Shown here: piece by piece, positions 26,855-40,059 of the stretch | How positions within the stretch are numbered: position 1 is the stretch's first letter | Layout: the number at the start of each line of letters is the position of its first letter | From: Octopus sinensis | Taxonomy: Eukaryota | Reading direction: 5' to 3' | Length of the DNA: 64,000 nucleotides | Assembly: GCF_006345805.1 (NCBI RefSeq) | Contig: NC_043015.1 | Coordinates: 11,532,001 to 11,596,000 of the forward strand | The notes under the pieces: model-generated | What the model was told of the DNA's origin: nothing | Database searches by the model: none | Seen by the model: the letters and a program-made list of their open reading frames with translations, nothing else | Position numbers and translations under genes: made by a program

Positions 26855-26877
26855 GTAATAGTAATAATAATAATAAT
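26590..26877. repeat. Compound (ACT)n-(GCT)n-(AAT)n microsatellite
   Basis: Direct reading. Confidence 0.95.
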
Positions 26878-28458
26878 GAGGAGGCGGGGGAGGATAATGA
26901 GGGGCATATTTCAAGGAGATAGCCTATCACCATTGCTGTTTGTGATTTGTATGATACCCCTCACACATATACAACCGAAAGTGACATTGGGGTACAACTT
27001 GAAAAGTGGAGGAAAATTAAATTATCTGTTATATGTGGATGACTTAAAGATCTTTGAAAAGACCGAAAGTGAAATAAATGGCCTAGTTTCAACAGTACAT
27101 ATATTCAGTAAGAATAACGGAATGGCATTGGTGTCTAAAAAGTGTGGTCTGCTTATAATACAAAGAAGCAAAATAGTCTCGTCTGATGATGTAGAGCTTC
27201 CCAACGTCGAGAAAATCAAGGATATTGAGACTAATGAATCTGGGGATTTTAGAATACGATAAAATGAAGGGAGATGAAATGAAAGGAAGCTTTTGGGGAG
27301 AGAATACCTCAGAAGAAACAGGTTAATTATGGAAAGTTGACTCAATGGAAAAAGACAAATTCAGGGCAATGAACACATGGGTTGTTTCCTTGATGAGATA
27401 CAGCGCAGGTTTTGTTAGGGGAACAAAGAACGAGCTTGAGGAAATGGACAGGAAAACTAGAAAAGTGATGATAATTAACAAGGGATTACACCCCAAAATC
27501 AATACCAGCTGATTTATGTGTCTGAAAAAAGGGATGGAAGAGGCCTCATAGGATGCAAGGTCTGTGTTGCCCAGAAGAACAGTGTGGAATGGTATATCAA
27601 ACAGCAGTCGTTGTTAGAATTAACAACAACATATCTACCAAAAATGCAATGCACCCACACATTTAAGTAACAAGATGAAAAAGAAAGAGTAAATGTCTGG
27701 AAAATGAAACCACTACAAGGGCAATACCTCAGAGAAATCGAAAGAAAAGACAAGATCAACACTTGGAAATGACTAAGGAAAATTAACTGAAAGGTGGCAC
27801 TGGGGCATTGATATGCAGCGCCCAGAAACAAGCTCTAAGAACTAATTACACCAAGTTTCAAATAGATGCGAGTAGTGAATCGACCCTTTGTAGGATTGTG
27901 TGTGGCAGCAGAAACGAATCAATGTCACATATTGTGAGTGAGTGTACCAAGCTGGCCGAAATGCACTACAAAAGGAGGCACGGTAATGTGGCTAAGTTGG
28001 TCCACTGGAAGCTATGTAAAAAGTACAGCCTGAACAGAGCACGGAAATGATACGAATATGAACCAGGTGTCACAAAGAACAAGGAATATAAGAGATTGTA
28101 GGATTTTACAATCCAATGTCACCCTCTAGTCGAAGCTCGGAGACCAGATATTATTGAAGTAGATAGAGGAAAAAAAGAAACCAAAATCATAGATATTGCG
28201 ATACCTGGAGATGCACGCATGAGTGACAAAGAACTAGATAACATTGAAAAGTACAGTCTACTAAAAGACGAAATTGCATGATGTGGACTATGAGGAGAGT
28301 ATCGGTCATCCCAGAAATTATAGGGGCACTCGGAGCACTAACAAACAAGTTCGAGAAATATGTCAAAGAAATCGGAATTGACATGAGAGCAGAGTAAGCA
28401 CAAAAAAACTGTTCTGTTGGAGACAGCTAGGATTTTGAGATTGGTACTTGGATGTTGA
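26878..28458 (+). mobile_element. R4/Dong-type non-LTR retrotransposon relic (RT + CCHC + RLE endonuclease), 5'-truncated, multiple stops and frameshifts
   Basis: RGIFQGDSLSPLLF, LLYVDDLK, GRGL, KPLQGQY, AQKQALRT, CRIVCGSRNESMSHIVSEC, YKRRH, RRPDII..IIDIAIPGD, ETARILR. Confidence 0.9.
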
Positions 28459-29689
28459 ATGTCCCCCACGATAATTAACAACCAAGTATCAAAGGTTATA
28501 ATGTGCGGAAAGAAACCATGTGAGAGATCTGACAGCAGGCTTCTGTCTGCTCTCTCAGAGACTACCACAACAAACAAAATCGAACTTTCTGAGAAGTAAA
28601 ACTGTAATAAAGATATGAGGCAATCCCCGAACATTACCCTAGACTTTAACTTGCCCATAAATTGGACAGCATCATTCCTAACAACAGCTAAACTACGTAG
28701 GAAAGATAGATCCAGCTGCAACTGCCGGTCTGGGGCCGAACGCCCGCCAGCTACAAACTCACTCCTTATTTAACGCTGTGTATAAATGCACTGTCTACAA
28801 CACACCGTGCAATTCTATCAGCCATCACTTCGGGACTACAACTTATTTTAAGTAGAGATTTTCCACCCATCTGAACTCATTTAGATATGAGAAGCATAGC
28901 ATATCCACGTCGCCAATCAACTACATACACCATCTGATAAGTAAGAAAATACCATATAGGATAACCTGTCATAATAGATTCCACTGTCCCATACCGAGGC
29001 CAGCACTCTGCATATAGACTCTGCCTTAAGGAAGCCCTCCAGATATTAATTCATGATTAACAACAATTACTTAGTAGACGGCATGAAGCATTCTTTTCTT
29101 GCAAACATAGATTCTATTATACCTTTAGGTTCTTCCACAGGTCCAAATGCAAACAAAATCAACACGCATGACACTTGTCTCTTTACATTCACAGTCGTAG
29201 CAATATATACACGTATTACTTTCATCCATTAATACTTATTATCATCACATAATCAGTATTTTCGAAGTCCGCTGGCTGCAACAATCCTTTAAACTGTTAC
29301 TTTTTCATTGTTATATCTTTCATTTTAATTTCTATCTTTTAATTTTAGATATATTCCCTTAAGTTAGGCATCTATTTCTAGCATTTTATCTCACTTATGC
29401 CGACCACTGTACTAAAGTTGAATATTCTTCCTAACCACGCTAAACCTAAAATTCATCTTTCTATTTAATGACCTTTTAATGGCCATAAATTCCTTCCTCC
29501 TCCAAATTATCAAAACCTTAAACACTGACCTTTCATCCCAACCTACCATGATGAAGAATAATACCGGCCTCTTAGCTTTATAATATTTTTATTTTTATTT
29601 TATATATATATATACGTATATATATATATATATTTATATATATACGTATATATATATATGTATGTGTGTGTGTGTGTATGTGTGTGTAT

Positions 29690-30105
29690 GTTCCTAACAG
29701 TGAGGTACTAACAAAATGTAGCATATCAGGTATTGAAATAATCCTAATCAAAATACGGCTTAGATAATCAGGTCATCTCTCACGTATGAATGATATCAGA
29801 ATTCCGAAGCAAATTCTCTTTGGCCAATTCCCAACAGAAGGTCAATTGGAAGGCCACTCTTGCACTTCAAAGGCAAACTAGATGACAATCTGAAGCGATG
29901 GAACATTCCCTTTTTCTTCCTGGGAAAACAAAGTGCCAGAACACAGGACCTGGTGCCAGTTCTGCTTCTACTCAAGGATCAACTACGTACAAACATGAAG
30001 GTACGCTGGCAAAACGATTCTCCTCTAAATTGGAACGTTACCTGTCATTGTGGTTTTGTAGCACGAAGGAAAGCGGTCCTTCTCGTCTATTCAAGAAAAC
30101 ACATA
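29690..30105 (+). mobile_element. RTE-clade LINE ORF2 C-terminal relic
   Basis: PNSEVL..GIE..LR*SGHLSRMNDIRIPKQILFG..IGRPLLHFK. Confidence 0.8.
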
Positions 30106-30437
30106 GGAAAGTATTCACAAAGACTCAAGCACTGTGTCCTCAATTTGTTCCTTTGGCCAAAAAGGTTTGCAAGCTACCAGCAAGTGAAATATTAGAGTTC
30201 ATAGAAGATGACTAACGCTTTATTTCACTGAACTCTCACTTTTCGTTCACAAGAGAACCGTCTATACATATACATAAGATTGGCATATATATATAAAGAA
30301 CCCCATCCCCCTGGGGTTAAAATATAATAGTAACATTGTTCCGTACGTAGCGGCCATCTTGAAGTGGCAACAAACAGTACTTTTCAGTACAGTTACTACT
30401 TGCATCTATTATAGAGACTTTAGAACTAGCTACTTTG

Positions 30438-30503
<66 letters not shown>

Positions 30504-30526
30504 GTTTATATATTGTTGTGCGGAGA

Positions 30527-30646
<120 letters not shown>

Positions 30647-30698
30647 CATTTATATATTTGTTGTGCGGAGAGACACAAATAAGAAAGAAGAAAACAAA

Positions 30699-30743
30699 GG
30701 ACCACTGATGCGGTCACAGAAGTGTGACGAAAGAACTCTGGCC
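30699..30743 (+). ncRNA. Degenerate minimal type-I hammerhead motif
   Basis: GGACCA-CUGAUGC-G-GUCAC(AGAAGU)GUGAC-GAAA-G-AA-C-UC-UGGCC. A9 is changed to C, otherwise the order of elements is canonical. Confidence 0.6.
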
Positions 30744-30871
30744 GAAATAAGATTAAGATTAATGCAAAAAATAAATAACACTGAAGCAAAGTAACACCAA
30801 ATATATAGTGCGTGTGATTTTATTGGCTAAACTGGCAAAATGACCATTCCGAAATATAACAATATATAACA

Positions 30872-30914
<43 letters not shown>

Positions 30915-30923
30915 ATATATATA

Positions 30924-31082
30924 GTGGGCTTTTTTTCAGTTTATATATTAACCAAGTCCACTCATAGGGCTTTGGTCAGACTGAGGCTATAGTACGAGAC
31001 ACCTACTCACGTTGCCACGCAGTGGGACCGAACCTGGAAAATGTGTATGGGAAGCAAGCTTCTTATCCCACAACCATACCTA
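30924..31082 (-). mobile_element. SINE family A head half, degenerate
   Basis: GGCTTTGGTCAGACTGAGGCTATAGTA...GCCACGCAGTGGGACCGAACC. Confidence 0.8.
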
Positions 31083-31399
31083 TATAGGTAATATCTAACA
31101 TTTCAGCTCACTATAAACGAGTTTTACACTTATTCTAATATTTTTGTATTAAGTCTTTTAATAATAATTCTCGTTGTGGTTTTGTAGTAGTCGGTTTTTT
31201 ATCTCTCCACTATTAGATTCTTCAGATTTTCCTATATTAAATACATTTCTTCATTTAAGCTAATTGCTGCAAATCAAGATAACTTATTCTTTACTCTTTG
31301 AAATACTCCAGAGTTCTCTGATGGCTCCTAGTAATTCCAGTGTACTCATTAGCAAAAAAAAAAAGCCATACAGTACTTATAATTTTGCTTTATACGCAT

Positions 31400-31840
31400 A
31401 CTCTCTTTTACTTACTTGTTTCAGTCATTTGACTGCGGCCATGCTGGCGCACCGCCTTTAATCGAGCAACTCGACCCCAGGACTTATTCTTTTGTAAGCC
31501 CAGTACTTATTCTATCGGTCTCTTTTGCCGAACCGCTAACGAGAAAATAACACCACCACTAGCATCAACATAAAATGTAACACCACCAATAGCATTAATT
31601 AAACGCACCAGCATCGGTTGTCAAGAAATGCTAGGGGGACAAACACAGACACACAATCACACACACGCATATATATATATATATATACATATACACGACG
31701 GGCTTCTTTTCAGTTTCCGTCTACCAAATCCACTCATAAGGTTTTGGTCGGCCCGAGGCTATAGTAGAAGACACTTGCCCAAGGTGCCACACAGTGGGAC
31801 TGAACCCAGAACAATGTGGTTGGTAAACAAGCTACTTACC
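31400..31840 (-). mobile_element. SINE family A with an internal templated insertion
   Basis: Matches other copies except at 31538-31600. Confidence 0.9.
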
Positions 31841-31971
31841 TATTTCTTTACTACCCACAAGGGGCTAAACACAGAGGGGACAAACAAGGACAGACAAAGG
31901 GATTAGGTCGATTATATTGACCCCAGTGCGTAACTGGTACTTAATTTATCGACCCCGAAAGGATGAAAGGC
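31841..31971 (-). mobile_element. SINE family B 3' fragment
   Basis: Reverse complement of the 56915-57040 region (CCCACAAGGGGCTA, TCGACCCCGAAAGGATGAAAGGCA). Confidence 0.8.
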
Positions 31972-31982
31972 AGAGGGTGGTG

Positions 31983-32223
31983 GGGATCCCTGCTGTACTC
32001 TTTCACCACAACTTTCTCTCACTCTTTCTTCCTGTTTCTGTTGTACCTGTATTTCAAAGGGCCGGCCTTGTAACTCTCTGTGTCACGCTGAATATCCCCG
32101 AGAACTACGTTAAAGGTGCACGTGTCTGTGGAGTGCTCAGCCACTTACACGTTGATTTCACGAGCAGGCTGTTCCGTTGGTCGGATCAACCGGAACCCTC
32201 ATCGTCGTAACCGACGGAGTGCT
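31983..32223 (+). mobile_element. SINE family C 3' portion
   Basis: GTTGTACCTGTATTTCAAAGGGCCGGCCTTGT...CGTCGTAACCGACGGAGTGC is shared with 60534-60870. Confidence 0.88.
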
Positions 32224-32806
32224 TTCACATATTTAGAAAGTTAATCTTTTCACATAATTTTGTCTGACACATTGGTTTCTTTACAATAAAATTATTACGA
32301 AACTCAGTAATTTACTAAGTTCCCCTGAACTACGGTAGAGGATTACGTTTCTTTTCTTGACTGTTTAATGGCCCATATCCAATAAATTTTTTCATTACAT
32401 TTACTATTTACATTTCTTTTCTTCATAATCTTTCATTTCAACTCCCGTCCACTGTTTAAGCTATCACTTCATAATCATTTAGTTGACTTCATCCAATCAA
32501 ATGAAATTCCTTTCAGCAAGTGTTTTCTGAGGGGTTTTTTCTAACAAAGTAAAACTCCATCACACACACCTCGTTTTTATGAGGCTTTACTCATTATATA
32601 AAAAGGAAACTGGAACGCAAAGGTTTCTTTACTGGTTGAAAAAACCAGTGGGCGAAACTGGAAGTCCTAATTAATTTGATTTTCACAATAAATTTTACTC
32701 TACTCTCTTCATCATGTCACATTCCAGTAGAGTTCCCGTCAATATTCTTAAACATACTTTAAAAATAACCTTATTTTAGCATTTATATGTAGCATTTACG
32801 TGTACT

Positions 32807-33280
<474 letters not shown>

Positions 33281-35559
33281 TGGTAATAAATGTGTGTGCA
33301 CGTGTGAGTTGATGTATCTATGCGTAACTATAAGAGATCTGGTTCCAGAGTTGGATAGGATATGTGTGTACGTGTGAGTTTAAATGAGTATGCGCAGGAA
33401 ACATGGCTTTTGTATGCAGATATTAGTAGTGAGCGCATCTGACTGAAAACTAACATCAGTTCCACAGCCAGTAAGCACTGAAGGCTTTCTTGGAGTATTA
33501 TATAATGGTTCAGGAATATAATTTCTAATGTGCAGACATGTACAATTTCGTGACTATATAATTTATTAGTAGTCTATTACAACTTAATGGAGTGTAACTC
33601 ACAGCTGTAAATCAGCTGAATAATTTGTGAAGGCAGATCAGTAGTCTGCGTATCTATATTTCGAGAGATTAGAGGAGTCACATAACATTCGCCATTAAAA
33701 AATTATGCCCGCTTAATCTGATACGCTTACGAACAATTTGTATGTAACATGATTATTGCATGTCAATTTATTGCTTTCACATAGATAGAAAATTAATAAT
33801 CCCTTATTAATTTACTACTCCGTTATATGTATGCTCTATAGTGATACCTTAACCATGCCAAGCAATTAATTTCATGCAATTATTTCATATTGTTCAGTCA
33901 ATCTAGGACAGTCTAACTGTTGCTCCCCGTCTCACTTGATACTCGAGTAGGTTTTATGTGAATATAATGAAGCATGCAAAAGGGCAGAATATACTTTCGC
34001 TCAGGTTTCACTGTCTGCTAAATATGGCATCACAGCAAAATCGTATTCAGTAGAAGTGAGAGGTAATATGATTGGTAAATGGAGAGTTTGCTGAATATCA
34101 CTTCAATATACACACGTATCTATACTAAATATATATGTTTGCTTTCTTTAAGTGTCATAAGAGACAAACAGCTCAGCATCCAGATTTTTATTGAGAAAAA
34201 AATGTCATCTCGTTTTAAACATGATCCAACGTTCGCTCCTTCAAGAAATGTTTCGGCTAAATCCTTTCTAAAAATACTTTTTTCAAAAACTGGTCAAATG
34301 GCTATCACAAAATTACAGACAAATGACTTTCGGAGGAAATGTGCTTGCCCTTATTCCTAACCTGTGTGTAGATAGGATCAGCAACAATAGTCTACCAGTA
34401 GGTCTTTGATGTTGGGCTGTAGCTTCTCCTATTGAAAATAGCAGAAACAGTAACGACAGCAACTAGAAAAATAACAAAAATAGCAACGCGAAAATAACAC
34501 CACCGCTAGCATCAACATAAAATGTAATACTGGTAACAGTAGTAACTAAACCACCACCAGCAGCTGCTGCATCGATAGCGGCCACAACAACGACGTCAAC
34601 AACAGTAGCATCAAGTGTAACGGATGCAACAACAGCAGTTGCTTTCACTACCGCCACCAACAAAATAAACATGGACGGCTTCAACATAAACGAAGAAAAC
34701 AGTAGAAACGAGGACAAATGCTTAAAAAACATCCTTCACTCATGTCATCCCGTTAGATATAAAATCTCGAAGTAAACGGTTGCATTATTATTTAAAAAGT
34801 ATAAGAAATATAGCGTTCGCCTAGAATTGATGTCGATCCCAGATGAAATTTTGTTCATCATTGTTCATAGGTCTTTCAGTGGTACAGGCAGAATACATTA
34901 CTCGCCTGTAAAAGAAATCGAGAAATGGCTGGAAGTGTCCTGATCTTCCGTAATCCATAATGAGAGGAAAGTATCATGAAGCATGGTAACGATCTACAAA
35001 ACAGAATAGGGAGTTTCTAAGATGGATTAAACTACTTACACCTGCAGGCAGTTTGCTTTGATACCCATGTATATGTGATGCTGTGTTGCGAATGTCTTAT
35101 TCACCAACGTACCTCCTCTTAGGGACCAATCCGATCTAATCACCATGAAAAAGGCACAAGGATGAATTATCAGTATAAAGTCTATCGCCACCAGAAAAAA
35201 AAAACCTGGAGCATCAATGGAGTTCCAGGCTTCAGCTTTTCAGGAAGACATGATTGGCATTCAAGACCTCTACTTCATAAATGGTGAGTTGCCCATATCA
35301 AAGAGAGCAGGTGCAAAAATTGCTCGTGGTCTCGTTGAAGTTCCTGAAAAAGGAACAGACCAAAACCTAAGTGACTGATTTTTCCTATTTTCGTTTCCTC
35401 ATGAACAGTTTAAGAGACGCGGCGGGGGTGAGAGATGGGACTTCGAGGACTACCACGTCAGTTTATTGCGACCATTGAAGAAGAGCGTTTCTTAAATTCA
35501 AAGGTAAAATATGTATTTAAAAATTAATAAATAAATAAGTTCATGAATCGATGTTGTTT

Positions 35560-36622
35560 TCACAGCGATAATGTTCTTCTCAGTACATGAGTCGTTCCAG
35601 TTAACAAGATTTTTTGCACTTCCTGTAGGGATGGAAAGCCTGGTATCATTTTCAAATAGGTTTCAGTACCTTTTATTTTTTTTATCATTCCTAGAGATCC
35701 TACAATCACTGGTACTGTAGTCGCCTTGAGATGCCACATTTTTCAATTTCTGTTTGCATGTCTTTATATTTACTGAACTTGTCAAATTCTTTCGCTGACA
35801 CACCTTCTTTGTCTGATCTTTTATAATAATATTCGGTTTATTAGCTTTTATAGTTTTGGTGGTATGTACGGGGAAGTCCGAGAGCATCGACACATTTTCT
35901 CCCTCGGTCACAGCTTTAGGATGGTGTTTATACCATTCGTCAGCGGTTTTGATTTTATAATGCCGACATATTGCCCACTGTAAATACCGGCCGACTCTGT
36001 CATGTCTTGTTTTATATTCTACAGGTGCTAAGACTCAACACCCTGAGATTCGGTGGTCTATAGTTTCGATCTCACCGTTACAGAATTGGCATTTTGGGTC
36101 AGCTCCATAGTTTATCACATTGGCTTGGTAGTACCGGGTTAATACCGGGTAATAAGTCTCCCGCAGCTAATATAAAACCTTAACTCACTGCTTTTAGCCC
36201 TGTTCTTCGAAACCATTGATGCGTGTGTTTCTGGTTGACATCAGCTTGTTTGCTACGGGCCAGATACTTGCCATGCAGAGGTTTCTGTTCCCATCTGCTA
36301 GCTAATTTTTCATGTGCTTTTGTATTTGCAATTAGTTTTATTTTCTTTGCAGCAGCAGTTGGCGTATTTCTTTGAACCTGATCAATCTGGTAGGTATCTA
36401 AGACATGAGTAGCGAATTTTTTGTCCTCTTTCAGAATAGAGTGAAGCTTTTTCGGTCTTTCATGTTTTTCAAGTTTTAGCATCCAATCGTAGGTTGTTTC
36501 AAGGTATTTGGCCAGTCCCATTGTAGTGGTTTTGTACGTAAGTTCAAGCTGAATCAAGCCTCGGCCTCCCTGAGCTCTGGGAAGGTAAAGACGATCCACG
36601 TCTGCCTTTGGATGGTGCATCT
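35560..36622 (-). mobile_element. R4/Dong-type LINE relic (post-RT, CCHC, RLE)
   Basis: HHPKADVDRLYLPRAQGGRGL, WEQKPLHGKY, a CQFC zinc knuckle, DFPVHTTKTIKANKPNIII and QKILLTGTTHVLRR. Confidence 0.88.
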
Positions 36623-36632
36623 TATTACATCT

Positions 36633-36835
<203 letters not shown>

Positions 36836-36961
36836 ATCATCATCAACCTCATCATAGCGATTTATTACTATTATCACTTTCATTGAAATCATCTTTGTTA
36901 TCTGTAATAGTAGTGGTGGTGGTGCTGATGGTTTTAGTAGTAGTAGTAGTAGTAGTAGTAA

Positions 36962-36993
<32 letters not shown>

Positions 36994-37629
36994 TCATCAT
37001 CATCATTTTTATCATTATTTTTGTTGAAAAGGCATTAGTAATTTCTCAATATTTTCTAGAAGACGTAAAATAGGATTACACAAATATAAAGAAGTAAAAT
37101 CCTTATCATCTGAAAATGGTTTCGATTTTCAAAGGAACTTCAAAGTATTTTCTGTTAGCTGTTTTTATCTTCACGATTAATCTCGGTGATAAATACTTTT
37201 CTCAGCAGAAAACCATTTCCTTGGTGGTAAGAACTGGAGGACTACAGTGATATAAGAAAGAAATTGTCAACGTGCTTTTCCAGTTCATCATATTATGGAG
37301 ATAGATCAATAAAAGAAAAATAAATGGAATTATATTTTAGAAGTCATTAAAAACAGCTTTGGTATTTTTATGAATAGGTGTGTTCCATAATACGACTAAT
37401 CCTAATGGATATTGGTTGGTGCCGATATATTCATATTCGAGTTTACTTTACCATTCTAATAGAACAGATTTTATTTCCCGCGTAATCAAAGATATTCTTC
37501 ACAACTATTTCAGCTCCTGCAAAGAAATCCACGAGAATAGATTACTTATGCTATTAGAAGAAATATGAAAGAAGATATAAGTGTTTGCGTGTGTGTGTGT
37601 ATGTATATGTGTATATATATATATTCTTA

Positions 37630-37985
37630 TATTCTGTTATTCTTTTATTTGTTTCAGTCATTTGACAGCGGCCATTCTGGAGCACCACCTTTAGTCGAAT
37701 ATCTCGACCCCTGGACTTATTCTTTGTAAGCCTAGTACTTATTCTATCGATCTCTTTTTGCCGAACCGCTAAGTTAGGGGGACGTGAACACACCAACATC
37801 GGTTGTCAAGCGATGGTTGGAGACAGACACAGACACAAACACATACACACACACATGCATATATATATACGACGGGTTTCTTTCAGTTTCCGTCTACCAA
37901 ATCCACTCACAAGGCTTTGGTCGGCCGAACCTGGAACCATGTGGTAGGTATGCAGGCTACTTGCCACACAGCCACTCCTGTGCCT
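37630..37985 (-). mobile_element. Near full-length SINE family A
   Basis: Tail, centre and head (CCACACAGCCACTCCTGTGCCT) present, with an internal deletion in the head. Confidence 0.9.
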
Positions 37986-38267
37986 ATATGTACATATATT
38001 TATATGTGTGCGTGTACATACATGAATATATAAATTTATATACACATACATAACGATATATATACATATATACATACATATATATCTATACATATACATA
38101 CATATATATAGATATACACGCACACATACATATGTATGTACACATTTATAATATTGATAGTTAGACAGATTCACTTTTATATATGTATATGCACACATAT
38201 ATGTAAAGTTATATATATATGTTTGTATACGTTCCTATATATATATACTTATATATATATATATATA

Positions 38268-38309
<42 letters not shown>

Positions 38310-38626
38310 ATATCTATATATATATAATATATATATATATTTTCAACAATTGAGGGCAAAATTAATTAATTATTAATCAATTTCACCAAGTGTTCAGTAT
38401 GCAAAGGGACCATTCAAGGCGAATTCAAATTATTACATTATATAAAAGGGCTTAGTAAAATAAATTACTTTGCCGCATACTGAACTCATTAGAAATAGCA
38501 GCTAAAAAATTTTTTAAAGCTATTTCTAATACTTAAAGAAAATCTCTCTCATATATAGTGTTTGCTTAATTCAACTCACAAAAGTTTGGGGGTAAGGACA
38601 TCGAAAAATCAAATGCTAAGGTTATT

Positions 38627-38680
38627 TGAGAACGTACGTTTCAAGATTAGTCAAAAAACAACACTTCTATCATCAGCTCA
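38627..38680 (-). ncRNA. Minimal type-I hammerhead motif, monomer 1
   Basis: UGAG-CUGAUGA-[UAGAAGU..ACUAAUCUU]-GAAA-C-GUAC-G-UU-CUCA. Confidence 0.65.
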
Positions 38681-39172
38681 GAAATTCCTTGGTTTGGATT
38701 TGGAAACACTGAAAATAAGAACATACCCTTTCGAAGATTTGCTCGTAACTAACAGTGCCAACAAATTCAATAAGCAAGCGAAGAATCTCTGTTCTCCCCT
38801 TTCCACCAGCGTGGGTTAAAAACATCAAACACTATGCTTATTTCGGTAAAATCCGAAGCATTAATCAGAGGGAGATTAATTATAATTTCAACAATTGAGG
38901 GCAAAATTAATTAATTATTAATCAATTTCACCAAGTGTTCAGTATGCAAAGGGACCATTCAAGGCGAATTCAAATTATTACATTATATAAAAGGGCTTAG
39001 TAAAATAAATTACTTTGCCGCATACTGAACTCATTAGAAATAGCAGCTAAAAAACTTTTTTAAAGCTATTTCTAATACTTAAAGAAAATCTCTCTCATAT
39101 ATAGTGTTTGCTTAATTCAACTCACAAAAGTTTGGGGGTAAGGACATCGAAAAATCAAATGCTAAGGTTATT

Positions 39173-39226
39173 TGAGAACGTACGTTTCAAGATTAGTCAA
39201 AAAACAACACTTCTATCATCAGCTCA
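39173..39226 (-). ncRNA. Minimal type-I hammerhead motif, monomer 2
   Basis: Identical to the motif in monomer 1. Confidence 0.65.
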
Positions 39227-39778
39227 GAAATTCCTTGGTTTGGATTTGGAAACACTGAAAATAAGAACATACCCTTTCGAAGATTTGCTCGTAACTAACA
39301 GTGCCAACAAATTCAAATAAGCAAGCGAAGAATCTCTGTTCTCCCCTTTCCACCAGCGTGGGTTAAAAACATCAAACACTATGCTTATTTCGGTAAAATC
39401 CGAAGCATTAATCAGAGGGAGATTAATTATAATTTCAACAATTGAGGGCAAAATTAATTAATTATTAATCAATTTCACCAAGTGTTCAGTATGCAAAGGG
39501 ACCATTCAAGGCGAATTCAAATTATTACATTATATAAAAGGGCTTAGTAAAATAAATTACTTTGCCGCATACTGAACTCATTAGAAATAGCAGCTAAAAA
39601 ATTTTTTTTTACCGAAATAAGCATAGTGTTTGATGTTTTTAACCCACGCTGGTGGAAAGGGGAGAACAGAGATTCTTCGCTTGCTTATTTGAATTTGTTG
39701 GCACTGTTAGTTACGAGCAAATCTTCGAAAGGGTATGTTCTTATTTTCAGTGTTTCCAAATCCAAACCAAGGAATTTC

Positions 39779-39832
39779 TGAGCTGATGATAGAAGTGTTG
39801 TTTTTTGACTAATCTTGAAACGTACGTTCTCA
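39779..39832 (+). ncRNA. Minimal type-I hammerhead motif, inverted copy
   Basis: TGAG CTGATGA TAGAAGTGTTGTTTTTTGACTAATCTT GAAA CGTACGTT CTCA read directly on the + strand. Confidence 0.65.
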
Positions 39833-40027
39833 AATAACCTTAGCATTTGATTTTTCGATGTCCTTACCCCCAAACTTTTGTGAGTTGAATTAAGCAAACA
39901 CTATATATGAGAGAGATTTTCTTTAAGTATTAGAAATAGCTTTAAAAAAGTTTTTTAGCTGCTATTTCTAATGAGTTCAGTATGCGGCAAAGTAATTTAT
40001 TTTACTAAGCCCTTTTATATAATATAT

Positions 40028-40059
<32 letters not shown>

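Larger units (their letters stand above)
38341..40022 (-). mobile_element. Hammerhead-containing tandem ~546-bp non-coding element (retrozyme-like / non-autonomous Penelope-like) with an inverted partial copy
   Basis: Monomers 38341-38885 and 38886-39432, partial 39433-~39608, inverted copy ~39607-40022. Copies are near-identical and there is (TA)n on both sides. Confidence 0.75.

Noticed and set aside
28500-29250. Possible LINE APE-endonuclease relic on the minus strand
   Set aside because: Only vague resemblance; no diagnostic motif is recoverable by eye.
38562-39897. Thrice-repeated 70-85 aa ORF (MLNSTHKSLG...)
   Set aside because: TTG start, no recognisable domain, different stop in monomer 1, and antisense to the ribozyme. 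It is a by-product of the repeat.
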